Source of the DNA: Candidatus Hikarchaeia archaeon HikBin5
GTDB lineage: Archaea; Halobacteriota; Halobacteria; Halobacteriales; Hikarchaeaceae
Direction of reading: 5' to 3'
NCBI GenBank assembly: GCA_009889625.1
Contig: WTZU01000003.1
Span: 4,131 to 68,130 of the forward strand
DNA: 64,000 nucleotides
Positions 47,894 to 57,570 of this stretch are shown one piece after another. The notes under the pieces are model-generated. The model was not told the origin of the DNA. It did no database searches and saw only the letters and a program-made list of their open reading frames with translations. Numbering within the stretch: the first letter of the stretch is position 1; each line of letters starts with the position of its first letter. Made by a program: the position numbers and the translations under genes.

Positions 47894-49420
47894 ATGTCCC
47901 GACCCGCAGATTCGGTTTCAATAGTATCTGGAAGTAGTTTAGTTTTTATAGGAACTATTTTTGAACTTGGAATCGCATTCATAGCAAAAATATTCATTGC
48001 CCGTTATTTGGGTGTGTACGATTATGGGATCGTATCTGTGGGGATAATACTCCTTTCTATATCCACCACAGTTGTTGTCTTGGGACTTCACCATGGAATT
48101 GCACGATATCTTCCTAGATTTACACAACCTGCCGACAGACGTGGGATTTTGATTTCTGCATTTTCTATTACTACTATAGTATCCTTTTTCGTTGCATTTT
48201 GTTTATTTTTCTTTTCAGATTATATCGCTATCAATATATTCTCCAACAATTCTTTTTCTCCTGTAATAAAAATATTTGCAGGTGCGATCCCCTTCGCAGC
48301 TTTCATTCGGATGGTTTTGGGGGCCATGCAAGGGACGAAAAAAGCATCACCTGCCGTTTTTATCCAAAATATACTCCTCCCTTCTGCACGATTTATTCTG
48401 ATAGTCGCCGTCCTCTTAATCGGGGTGTCCGCAATCCGGGTATCTTGGGCCTATTTATTGGCATACGCAGTAGCATCAATAGTAGGGGTCTATGTACTCT
48501 ATCGTTACACTCAATTATTTTACAAAGTCACTCCAGTATATCACTTTAAAGATTTAATTCCATTTTCCATCCCTCTAGCACTTTCTGGAATTATGTCCCT
48601 ATTGTTCGTCGACGCAGATACGTTACTTTTGGCATACTTTCAACCCGCAACAGAAGTTGGATTCTATTCTGTTATTTATCCACTTTCTGCACTTCTTGTT
48701 ATATTTCTTAATTCTTTCACATTCCTGTCCATGCCCGCCCTCTCCGAGTTACATTCTAAGAACCAGCTTTTGAGAATGAATAAAATGTATCTAATAATAA
48801 CTAAGTGGATTTTCATTCCCACATTTCCTATTTTCCTATCTTTTTTCTTTTTCCCAGAAACACTCATTCAATTCTTTTTCGGGCAGGATTATGTATCTGC
48901 AAGCATTGGACTTTCTATTTTATCATTAGGGTTTCTTTTCCATATTCTCACCGGAGTCAATGAATCCACTCTACTGGCCATTGGGAAAACAAAATACCTC
49001 TTGATAAATGCCACCGTAGCTGGAGTTTTAAATATAATTTTAAACTTAATTCTTATTCCTCAATATTCATTTATCGGAGCAGCCATTGCCACAACCATTT
49101 CATATGTATCTCTTAATTTACTCCATTCTATAGAACTTTATTTGATAACTGGGATCCACCCCGTATCGAAGCCAGTTATTAAAATTGGAATCATAGCAAC
49201 TGCAATGGCTTCTTCTATTTATCTCTTATCCCTCCGGATCGATATAACTAATATTCAACTATTATTGTTTGCAGTTATCTTTGGTTTAGTCTATTGCATA
49301 ATTATATTGCGATCCGACGCATTAGGGGAGGAAGAAGAATTATTACTATCCCGAACAGAAGAATTTTTTGGAATCGACCTATATATTCTTCGACAAACAA
49401 TCTCCTTCTTTTCCCGATAA
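47894..49420 (+). CDS. MOP-superfamily polysaccharide/oligosaccharide flippase (Wzx/AglR-like)
   Basis: 508 aa with about 14 TM helices. Its size, topology and position in a glycosylation cluster fit this role, but no sharp motif is present. Confidence 0.65.
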   Translation: MSRPADSVSIVSGSSLVFIGTIFELGIAFIAKIFIARYLGVYDYGIVSVGIILLSISTTVVVLGLHHGIARYLPRFTQPADRRGILISAFSITTIVSFFVAFCLFFFSDYIAINIFSNNSFSPVIKIFAGAIPFAAFIRMVLGAMQGTKKASPAVFIQNILLPSARFILIVAVLLIGVSAIRVSWAYLLAYAVASIVGVYVLYRYTQLFYKVTPVYHFKDLIPFSIPLALSGIMSLLFVDADTLLLAYFQPATEVGFYSVIYPLSALLVIFLNSFTFLSMPALSELHSKNQLLRMNKMYLIITKWIFIPTFPIFLSFFFFPETLIQFFFGQDYVSASIGLSILSLGFLFHILTGVNESTLLAIGKTKYLLINATVAGVLNIILNLILIPQYSFIGAAIATTISYVSLNLLHSIELYLITGIHPVSKPVIKIGIIATAMASSIYLLSLRIDITNIQLLLFAVIFGLVYCIIILRSDALGEEEELLLSRTEEFFGIDLYILRQTISFFSR

Positions 49421-49481
49421 GTATCATTTCTAGAACCGAGCTTTTATTGTTCTTTGACGGTGCATCTTATACCATCTTACA

Positions 49482-50495
49482 ATGAAAGTTGTACACTGGA
49501 ATATTTCCAAGAAAAATCATCCCATGTTCGCAACCCGTCGATATGAGGATGAAATTTTCAATAAATTACACACCCTCCTCAATGGGGATGTCTGTAGGAT
49601 TTTAAGACGTGAAGGGAATATATCGGGGAATACTATAGCATCCTGGGCAACTAGATATTCTTCAATGGAGTCTGACATCGCACATGCAACGTTCCAAACA
49701 GTTGCACCTGCAGCATATTTTTCCAAACCTCAAAAATTAGTTGTCACCGTGCATGATATATTGCCTATATTTCCTGGAAATATTCACGACATTTCCACCC
49801 GAATTCAGTGGAAATTCACTCCTTCTGCTCTTCAAAAAGCAGATGCTATCATTGCCATATCCAATTTCACTCGGATGGAGTTAATCGATCATTTAAAAAT
49901 CAACCCAAAAATAATACACGTAGTCCCACAAGGTGTAGACCATTCTATTTTCCGCCCCCTCGACAAAAAAGAATCAAGACAACAGCTAGGATTGGACCAA
50001 AACTCCACTTATATTTTAGTCGCTTCTTCAAATCAACCACACAAGCGCATGGATCTGGTAAAAGAAATATTACTTGAACTGCGATCCCGCGATTCGGATA
50101 TAAAATTACTTAAAATTGGCTATGGCGATTTCCTCAATGTGGATGGGGTCATCAATCTAGGATGGGTCCCCGAATCTGAAATGCCACTATTGTATAACTC
50201 TGCAGACGCTTACTTACATACTTCTAGTTATGAGGGATTTGGATTGCCAATCTTGGAAGCCATGGCATGTGGAACTCCAACTATCGCAAATAATTGCGCA
50301 AGTATACCCGAAGTCATTGGATCTGGAAACACAATTGATATGGATTCCGCATCTACAATTGAAATCTGCAATTATACTATCGAAAAAATGGCATCAGATA
50401 TCGACGAATTGGCTCTTTCCCGAAGCAATCAATTCACATGGGAACAAACTGCATTAAACACGTTAAATGTGTATGAAGAGGTGCTTAAAACTTGA
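49482..50495 (+). CDS. GT4-family glycosyltransferase
   Basis: The C-terminal motif is SSYEGFGLPILEAMACGTP (E-x7-E region). Confidence 0.85.
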   Translation: MKVVHWNISKKNHPMFATRRYEDEIFNKLHTLLNGDVCRILRREGNISGNTIASWATRYSSMESDIAHATFQTVAPAAYFSKPQKLVVTVHDILPIFPGNIHDISTRIQWKFTPSALQKADAIIAISNFTRMELIDHLKINPKIIHVVPQGVDHSIFRPLDKKESRQQLGLDQNSTYILVASSNQPHKRMDLVKEILLELRSRDSDIKLLKIGYGDFLNVDGVINLGWVPESEMPLLYNSADAYLHTSSYEGFGLPILEAMACGTPTIANNCASIPEVIGSGNTIDMDSASTIEICNYTIEKMASDIDELALSRSNQFTWEQTALNTLNVYEEVLKT

Positions 50496-51616
50496 GAATT
50501 TTGAATCTATCTCTCTTACGCCTTAATGATTCTCATAGTTACTACGGCGGTGCTATTGGCAGCATTGGGTACGAGTTACTCTCTTCATTGGCATCTATCA
50601 ATGATGTGGAAGTAGTTTCTTTCACACAAGGTACTGATCTATCACACCCCCTTCCTCCTTCCCTCAATTTGATTCAAGCTAGTTCTTTCAACGAAGTGGA
50701 AAAACGCATGCATGAATTCTTACAAAATCCAGAAGAAACGATCTTAACTCATTTTTATTTTCACGAACCCGAATCCACTCCAATTTCTCAAGTAGCTAGT
50801 AAATTGGATTCTCCATTTGTAATAGGGATGTGCGAACTGCCCCATTACCGTCTCAGCGATGAAGTCCCCGGAATACTCAAATCCCCTTCTCTACGAAAAA
50901 TAGGAAAATCTATCGCATACCTGCCTAGGTTTAAAAAGACACTCTCTCATTGCGATCGGCTTATTACTGTAAATGAAGCCGCAAAAGAATATTATTCCGA
51001 ACATGTCTCAAAAGATAAAATATGCACCATTCCATATGGTGTAAACCAAGAACTATTCCCTTCTACTCCTCTTCCGGACCAAAACCGATTATTAGTTGTC
51101 AGTAGATTGATACAACGGCGTGGAATCGATAAAATTATTGAAATCTTACCTAGCTTACTCTCTGAAATCTCTGATGTACATCTCGATATTGTTGGAAATG
51201 GGCCCCAACATGCCTCTCTAGAAAAACAGGCATCAAAACTCGGCATTTCCTCAAAAGTACATTTCCATGGGAATGTTCCTTATGAAGAACTAGTTCGACA
51301 TTATCAAAACTGTTCTATTTTTTGCCACCTATCCGATTCAGATGGGTGGAATCAACCCGCTCTAGAAGCAATGTCTATTGGGAGGCCTGTTATCGGCATC
51401 GATGCATCCCATAACAGTATGATAACCGATGGATCAACTGGCTATCTAATCCCTTCTGATCAGCCCAATTTACTTTTAGATAGACTTGTTCAACTCTTGG
51501 AAAATAAGTCTCTATGTTCTCAAATGAGTGCCTCTTCTGTGAAATCAATCTCAACCAATTATAGCTTATCTACGGTAGCCAAACAATATGTACTAGAATT
51601 TGAGAGGTTATTGTAA
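50492..51616 (+). CDS. GT4-family glycosyltransferase
   Basis: RLIQRRGID... and SDSDGWNQPALEAMSIGRPVIG are present. It has an ATGA-type overlap with the preceding GT4. Confidence 0.85.
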   Translation: MRILNLSLLRLNDSHSYYGGAIGSIGYELLSSLASINDVEVVSFTQGTDLSHPLPPSLNLIQASSFNEVEKRMHEFLQNPEETILTHFYFHEPESTPISQVASKLDSPFVIGMCELPHYRLSDEVPGILKSPSLRKIGKSIAYLPRFKKTLSHCDRLITVNEAAKEYYSEHVSKDKICTIPYGVNQELFPSTPLPDQNRLLVVSRLIQRRGIDKIIEILPSLLSEISDVHLDIVGNGPQHASLEKQASKLGISSKVHFHGNVPYEELVRHYQNCSIFCHLSDSDGWNQPALEAMSIGRPVIGIDASHNSMITDGSTGYLIPSDQPNLLLDRLVQLLENKSLCSQMSASSVKSISTNYSLSTVAKQYVLEFERLL

Positions 51617-51617
51617 T

Positions 51618-52622
51618 ATGCCAACTGACACCAATGACATCATTACTCAACTGTCTCACAACCTCTCCAATTTTGAAAATGCATTTATATCTGATTACAT
51701 TTCGAGAAATTCTCTATCACTTCTCCTCTCCGACTATGGGTTTAGTACTCATTCTACCAAAGCGGAACAAAATTCACTCTCTATCATCATTAATGAACTC
51801 AAAATAGTTTCCATAGAATTGCAAAAAAACCAAATACCATTTGCCATAATCAAGCTTTCTGACCTACCAAAAATGGTCAGTGATATCGATATTCTAGTCG
51901 AAAAAAACAAAAAAGTCCCCGATCTATTGAGCAAACTTGGATATTCTCTAGAAGATGATGCAGAACCCCATCGAACTACATATGTCAAGACAATAGAGCA
52001 AACGCGCGTTTCCCTCGATCTCCATCATCATTTATCTTGGCGCAGGGTGCATTATCTAGATCTTCAGTCCATTATTGATGAGTGTGAACAAAAATCTATA
52101 GACGGTGTATTGATACCATTCCCTTCTACTTCTCATGATTTTCTAATCACTGCAGCCCATTGCATATTCAAACACAACGGTATGTCTCTATTTGATATAT
52201 TGCATCTATTATTGTTAAAGCAGTCCGATCCTCCTGCACTAAATGGTCTATCCGAGATGTATGAAATAACCAAAAAATATCATTGGAAGAAAGAATTCGA
52301 GAACCTTCTCAAATTCATATCTTCAATAGAAAGTGATCTCCGACTATCTTTCGATGAGGACTCGTCAATATTTACAAATTTCCCCCACCAATTCTCTTTA
52401 ATCACTGTTATTAATATTCGAATTGCAAAAATTTTGCGTTCATTGTCCCTTGTAAATTTCATTTATACACTTATACAGATCTATGCATATTCTCTTGATA
52501 TTTTCCAGTTTGTGGTAGAGAAAAAATTTGGTTTTTCTTTGATCCCCTTCTTCAATTCATTGTCCAAAATTAAAAAATATCTCAACACCATCAATTCTAT
52601 TTTTCGCATTTCAAAACCATAA
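51618..52622 (+). CDS. Uncharacterised nucleotidyltransferase family protein (PF14907-like), copy A
   Basis: The Pol-beta-like motif is KLSDLPKMVSDIDILVEKNK...LGY, then VSLDLHHHLSWRR. The ATG at 51618 lies 2 nt after the GT4 stop. Confidence 0.55.
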   Translation: MPTDTNDIITQLSHNLSNFENAFISDYISRNSLSLLLSDYGFSTHSTKAEQNSLSIIINELKIVSIELQKNQIPFAIIKLSDLPKMVSDIDILVEKNKKVPDLLSKLGYSLEDDAEPHRTTYVKTIEQTRVSLDLHHHLSWRRVHYLDLQSIIDECEQKSIDGVLIPFPSTSHDFLITAAHCIFKHNGMSLFDILHLLLLKQSDPPALNGLSEMYEITKKYHWKKEFENLLKFISSIESDLRLSFDEDSSIFTNFPHQFSLITVINIRIAKILRSLSLVNFIYTLIQIYAYSLDIFQFVVEKKFGFSLIPFFNSLSKIKKYLNTINSIFRISKP

Positions 52623-52659
52623 TTATCCTTTTTCTCTTTCCAAAATTTATTATACACTG

Positions 52660-53700
52660 ATGGCCCAAACACCAACTAGAATGCCTCTTCGCCCTAGCGA
52701 GAAATTAATCACTTCTATAATTTCAGAAGATGGAGGACGTAATTCTTCTCTACCTGAGCCTCTCCCCGAACAGTTCATTAAGATAAATCACCTTACAAAT
52801 ATCCTAAGGGACATGGATTTCGATATACCCTTTGCATCTCCCATATCTGATGATGTTTTCATCCTCACCGAAGTATCTCGTATAATTACTGAGTTAGAGA
52901 AATCTGGAATAAAGTCTGTTGTGATAAAATCACTCCCTGCGGTTCCAAAACCTATTGGGGATGTGGACATTTTGGTGGACGATCTCAAAAAGGCAGGTGA
53001 ATTACTAGAACAGAACAAATATGATGTTAGCATCGACCCAGACCCTCACAAACTCTTATGTCTCTCTACCATTGATGGGGTTCTTGTTAATATACATTTA
53101 CATGGAGAGATTGCCTGGAGAAAGGTGATCTACTTAAATCCCTTGGAAGTCATTCATTCTGCCACCGAACGAGTTTTCCATAAAATAACTTTTCCTGTAG
53201 CCTCCCCTGAGTTTGAAATTCTTATCACAGCTGCACATATGCTATACGAACGGGGAAATATGAGAATTAGTCTTCACAACGTACTAGAATTATCTGCTTT
53301 ATTTTCCACCAATTCAATTTCAATTCCTCTTTTATTTAAAATAGCATCCAAACATGAGTGGGGGGACTCACTTATCTTATTTTTAAAAGCAGCAAATTCA
53401 GTCCATTACCAAGTCTTCAACGAAAACTTTTCCATTTCCGAGCCTGATTTTTTTAACTCTAATACTCTCATGCCGTATAATTATTTTTTCTTCAATTGGA
53501 CATTCTCAATTAGAACCATGGTTCTAATAAGATCCAAAAAATTGTTCAATGATGTGATTTCTAGAAATTTCAGTTCAGCCTCGGACGATTTAAGCGCATA
53601 CCCTCGCGATATTCTCAAAGTCATAACCGAACGATACGGGGTAATAAACACTAAAAGGAGGTTAACCAAATGGAAAAATACTATTCAATCCATAATCTAG
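52660..53700 (+). CDS. Uncharacterised nucleotidyltransferase family protein (PF14907-like), copy B
   Basis: It is a paralogue of the preceding ORF, with KSLPAVPKPIGDVDILVDDLKKAGELL...Y, then VNIHLHGEIAWRK and ITAAHMLYE. Copy A has ITAAHCIFK at the matching position. Confidence 0.55.
   Translation: MAQTPTRMPLRPSEKLITSIISEDGGRNSSLPEPLPEQFIKINHLTNILRDMDFDIPFASPISDDVFILTEVSRIITELEKSGIKSVVIKSLPAVPKPIGDVDILVDDLKKAGELLEQNKYDVSIDPDPHKLLCLSTIDGVLVNIHLHGEIAWRKVIYLNPLEVIHSATERVFHKITFPVASPEFEILITAAHMLYERGNMRISLHNVLELSALFSTNSISIPLLFKIASKHEWGDSLILFLKAANSVHYQVFNENFSISEPDFFNSNTLMPYNYFFFNWTFSIRTMVLIRSKKLFNDVISRNFSSASDDLSAYPRDILKVITERYGVINTKRRLTKWKNTIQSII
53657..53661 (+). promoter_or_regulatory. Shine-Dalgarno-like GGAGG for the ORF starting at 53670
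   Basis: AAAAGGAGGTTAACCAAATG. The GGAGG lies 8 nt before the ATG, inside the 3' end of the upstream gene, which the new ORF overlaps by 31 nt. Confidence 0.4.
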
Positions 53701-54677
53701 TTACTATAAAATCAAATGTAGGACTTCCCATTCCTAATTATTTTTCTTGCCCATCTATTGCAGACCCCGATTTAACCGTAACTCAGTGCAATTTTGCCCA
53801 AAATATTCCTAGATCTTCTAAGAAAAAACGTAAAGATTACGCTGTTTGGAGCGAGGGGGATACCTTATTCATAGACTATGAATCCCTTGACCTCAAAATT
53901 TCCCTCAGCGATATAGATGGAAAGACAAAAATCCAGGTCAGTGATGGCTTTGTAACGCGATCAAAAAAACATTTAAATACATTAGTTGGGCTCATTATCC
54001 AATTAAAATTAATTAATCAAAATTGCACTTTTTTACACTCTGGGTGCCTAACCTATGGTAATGGTGCAATTTTACTTCCTGCCATGGGGAGCACTGGAAA
54101 AACATTCACTACACTCTCTTTAGTCGATGGACAAGAACGTCTTTTCATGTCAGATGACCTGTCCATAATCCACACTGATGGCACTGTCTATTCTTATCCT
54201 GGGAAAATTGGAACTGGACCTTATGTACTTGAAAATGTTTCTGTACCTGAATTATCCGTCAAACCGGTCTTCAGTAGCAAACTTGCACGCATCCCTCTGG
54301 TCTCTCTAATATTTGGAAAATTTCCTTGGCTGTATAAATCTAAAAATCTCGAGATGCCATCCCATCTTATCCAAGATCAATCCAAATGTTCTTATCTATT
54401 TCTCATAGTCGGTGGATCTGAAAATAAAGCCCTCTCTGTTTCCACCCGGCATGCTATCACACAAGCAATGAATCAACACTTGGATACTCACAATTTATTT
54501 GGTAGTTTTATATTAAACTATTATGCCTATTTTTTCGGATACGACCTTACAGAAAAATTGGAATGCATGCGAGAAATTTTAATTTCCGGATTCTCGTCCA
54601 CTAAATGTTTTGAAATCAAATCCAATGATCTTCCCTCTTATCCTGATATTGTTCTCCAAACTATAGATGAAGATTGA
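53670..54677 (+). CDS. HPr-kinase-like P-loop protein (HprK-related), copy A
   Basis: FLHSGCLTYGNGAILLPAMGSTGKTFTTLSLVDGQERLFMSDDLSII resembles the HprK/P catalytic core (H.s.v...g.GvLi.G.SG.GKS...L...G..LvaDD). It also has a unique N-terminal domain of about 110 aa. Confidence 0.5.
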   Translation: MEKYYSIHNLVTIKSNVGLPIPNYFSCPSIADPDLTVTQCNFAQNIPRSSKKKRKDYAVWSEGDTLFIDYESLDLKISLSDIDGKTKIQVSDGFVTRSKKHLNTLVGLIIQLKLINQNCTFLHSGCLTYGNGAILLPAMGSTGKTFTTLSLVDGQERLFMSDDLSIIHTDGTVYSYPGKIGTGPYVLENVSVPELSVKPVFSSKLARIPLVSLIFGKFPWLYKSKNLEMPSHLIQDQSKCSYLFLIVGGSENKALSVSTRHAITQAMNQHLDTHNLFGSFILNYYAYFFGYDLTEKLECMREILISGFSSTKCFEIKSNDLPSYPDIVLQTIDED

Positions 54678-54681
54678 TTCC

Positions 54682-55656
54682 CTATTCTTCCCCTCTTGAC
54701 AATCTGTCATCTCCTATGAGATATTTGGCCAATCCTTTGATGAAAAAACAGTTCCCAACAGCATTGAGCAAAAAATGAGGGAACATATACGCCGATTGAT
54801 ACTTTATGCTTTTATAAGCCACATTTGCCATTTTCATACAAAATGGGATTCCTATCCATAGAACAATAGGATTTTCAGTAGCAAAGATTGCTCCTGCACA
54901 AAAAACGATACTAGTAATATAGGCAATAGGTAGTAAAACAAATAGATCTCTCAATCCCTTTTTCCAACCTGCATATTTGACATATGGAAAAAATGTCCTA
55001 CCATACCATTCTTGTTGTTTATAGAATTCTTTAATCGAATCAAATTTTCCGTACCTAGTGCATTTTTGTTCCAATACTATTCTTTTTCCATCTCTATTTG
55101 CAATTGTTCTTACCTTTTCATAAAAAGTCCAGTCCTCTCTAAACCCAAGCGGTTCAAATCCCCCTGCCTGCTCAAAAATCTCTCTTCGATAGAAATGAGC
55201 GGGAGGGGGTGGGGCATCATCATTTTCTTTAATCAATTTTGTTATGTCCTCTACTGGGGAGTACGATTTCATTAACAAACTATCTCTAATTGAATCTGCA
55301 ACTGTCCTCACTGCTATTATCTTTGGATCCTTATTGAAGTGAATCATAGCATTGAAAATAAAATTGGGGCTCAAGACCAAATCACCATCAATGAAGCATA
55401 ATATGTCTACCTTCTCCTGCTTAATTGCATATTCTGCTCCTTGATTTCTAGCAATTGGAAGTGATTTATTTTCCCCCCTTTCCATAATAACAGTAGCTCC
55501 CTTCTCCTCTGCTATCTCTACGGTTTTATCAGTCGAACCACCATCTACTACGACGATTTTTTTATGTTTATATTCATCCTCGTTCAAACTGTGGATTAGT
55601 TCTCCTATTTTTCTCTCTTCATTCAACGTTGGGATTATGATCACACAATTTAACAT
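54682..55656 (-). CDS. GT2-family glycosyltransferase with C-terminal TM helices
   Basis: MLNCVIIIPTLNEERKI...VVVDGGSTDKT is present, with DXD at FIDGD. The ATG at 55656 is preferred because the track start at 55737 is a TTG. Confidence 0.85.
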   Translation of the reverse strand: MLNCVIIIPTLNEERKIGELIHSLNEDEYKHKKIVVVDGGSTDKTVEIAEEKGATVIMERGENKSLPIARNQGAEYAIKQEKVDILCFIDGDLVLSPNFIFNAMIHFNKDPKIIAVRTVADSIRDSLLMKSYSPVEDITKLIKENDDAPPPPAHFYRREIFEQAGGFEPLGFREDWTFYEKVRTIANRDGKRIVLEQKCTRYGKFDSIKEFYKQQEWYGRTFFPYVKYAGWKKGLRDLFVLLPIAYITSIVFCAGAIFATENPIVLWIGIPFCMKMANVAYKSIKYQSAYMFPHFLLNAVGNCFFIKGLAKYLIGDDRLSRGEE

Positions 55657-55791
55657 GATATTCCTTTCTCCACTATGTGATCTCCCTTTGGTAGACCTTT
55701 GCCTTCCAGTTTTGATATATTTTCTGTTTGTCCCCAAAAAAGAAACTGTATAGTCTAACTATGCCCTAAATCTCTATACTGTAACAATACT

Positions 55792-56820
55792 ATGTCACTT
55801 TCTCCCTCAAATAATTACCACTATTATTCTATACACGATATTCTCCACATTCGGTCAAATGTCGATCTCCCTATCCCAAATTATTTCCGTATATCTCCTC
55901 CTACTGAACATTTAGAATTTGATATAGATGTATCTGAAGAGTCTTTATCTTTGCCTTTTGCAGAATCAGAAATGCATCGATGCAGTATCTTTTTTGTTGG
56001 ACACAACGAGTCCCAACTTGCAATCGATTACAAACTCCCTCTTCTAAATGTAAAACTTCTATTAACTGACTTAGAATATCACACTAGAATCTCATTTACC
56101 AAAGATTTCCAGAGATTTGGGGATTTGACCAATCTATTTAACACCATTTTATTATTCAAATTTATTCAAAAAGGGTATACATTAGTGCATTCTGGCTGCA
56201 TTTCCACACCTGATAGTTGCTATTTAATTTCTGGAATGAGGGATACTGGAAAAACCTCGACAGTTTTGTCATTGGTTAATGGGGATCAAACTAAGTTTAT
56301 GTCAGACGACTTAACCATAATCTCTCAGAACGGCGAGGCATTTTCATATCCTACACCTGTTGGCATTTCACCATACACCTTAACCGGTGCTTCAATATCT
56401 TATTCTCCTCCTTCCTGGAAACAATGGATTGCCAAACATCAACTCCTGTTATTTGGACTTGAGAGCATATTCAATTTTGAACTCAGCAAAAGATTAGACG
56501 TTCCCTCTTCTCTCCTAGATTCTTCTGGAATCGTAAGCGAAGTATTTCTCCTGCGATCTGCAAATAAAAATAAAATCTCACCAGTTCCTTCTTCCGTGGC
56601 AGTTCAAAAATTACTCATGACAACCACTGAACTGATCGACCCATTTCGAATCTATTCCTTAAATTTCTATTCTTATTATACGGGATTTGATTCGTCAGCC
56701 CTCTTCGAAAAAGAAAAAAATATCATCGAAAATGCACTTTCTGATGTCAATTGCTATGATGTATGTGCCAACAATGTCAAAGAATTCCATAGACTTATCA
56801 AAAAACAAGTCGAATTATGA
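55792..56820 (+). CDS. HPr-kinase-like P-loop protein (HprK-related), copy B
   Basis: It is a paralogue of 53670-54677. The shared N-terminal block is YYSIH..L.I.SNV.LPIPNYF. The core is LVHSGCISTPDSCYLISGMRDTGKTSTVLSLVNGDQTKFMSDDLTII, which contains the Walker A GMRDTGKT. Confidence 0.5.
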   Translation: MSLSPSNNYHYYSIHDILHIRSNVDLPIPNYFRISPPTEHLEFDIDVSEESLSLPFAESEMHRCSIFFVGHNESQLAIDYKLPLLNVKLLLTDLEYHTRISFTKDFQRFGDLTNLFNTILLFKFIQKGYTLVHSGCISTPDSCYLISGMRDTGKTSTVLSLVNGDQTKFMSDDLTIISQNGEAFSYPTPVGISPYTLTGASISYSPPSWKQWIAKHQLLLFGLESIFNFELSKRLDVPSSLLDSSGIVSEVFLLRSANKNKISPVPSSVAVQKLLMTTTELIDPFRIYSLNFYSYYTGFDSSALFEKEKNIIENALSDVNCYDVCANNVKEFHRLIKKQVEL

Positions 56821-57557
56821 ATGTCACTAGAATCCTATCCTCTCTTCGTGGAATATTGGAATATCAATTTTTAGCACATATAGTAGGAATTTGGGTCCTT
56901 TTAAAAGGAGGAATTGTAAATTCTAGAGGGGTCTCATTAAACGTAAAAAATAACAGAATCACTAATTCTGCTAGATATCATTTATTTTGCAATAAATTTG
57001 AAGAGAACGAGTTTGATTTACTAGATGCACATTTTCTATCAAATTTGGATGTGGTCGAACTTGGGGGTGGGATTGGATTCATATCCTGCCACATTGGAAA
57101 AAAACTTCAACCAAAAAATAAACATATAGTAATCGAACCCAATCCCTTTTTATTGGATACTATCGAATCCAATCGCATTTTGAATAATTGCCATTTTGAC
57201 ATCATCAACTATGCATACTCTTCGACTCCCGGACTTGTAGAATTCGACGTAAGCGGCCCCTTTGAATCTAGTCACATTGACCCTTCTTCAACAAATACAG
57301 TCCAAATAGAATCCATCAATATAACACAAATTATCAATCAATATGACTTAAATCAGTTTTCTCTGATCGTCGACATTGAGGGAAATGAATTTGATCTACT
57401 CCAACAAGAACTCAATATTCTCCATCTCCATTGTCCTCTTGTTATGATCGAGTTCCACCCTAGATTTGGACCACTCCCACCTGCGGTTTCTAAACTAAAA
57501 AATTTGGGTTATTCATCCTTTAAAAATGATAATGTCTATCTCTTTATTAGGAATTAG
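56817..57557 (+). CDS. FkbM-family SAM-dependent methyltransferase
   Basis: The SAM motif is VVELGGGIGFIS, and LIVDIEGNEFDLL is the Methyltransf_21 hallmark. It has an ATGA overlap with the preceding ORF. Confidence 0.75.
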   Translation: MNVTRILSSLRGILEYQFLAHIVGIWVLLKGGIVNSRGVSLNVKNNRITNSARYHLFCNKFEENEFDLLDAHFLSNLDVVELGGGIGFISCHIGKKLQPKNKHIVIEPNPFLLDTIESNRILNNCHFDIINYAYSSTPGLVEFDVSGPFESSHIDPSSTNTVQIESINITQIINQYDLNQFSLIVDIEGNEFDLLQQELNILHLHCPLVMIEFHPRFGPLPPAVSKLKNLGYSSFKNDNVYLFIRN

Positions 57558-57570
57558 TTCCTCTTGCTAT

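Noticed and set aside
51618-56820. A lasso-peptide or other RiPP cluster, suggested by the HprK-like and nucleotidyltransferase pairing.
   Set aside because: No asparagine-synthetase-like cyclase, transglutaminase-like protease, PqqD/RRE or radical-SAM maturase is present. Every gap between genes is too short to hide one. The context is entirely glycosylation genes. I kept the kinase and NTase pairing itself as a finding.
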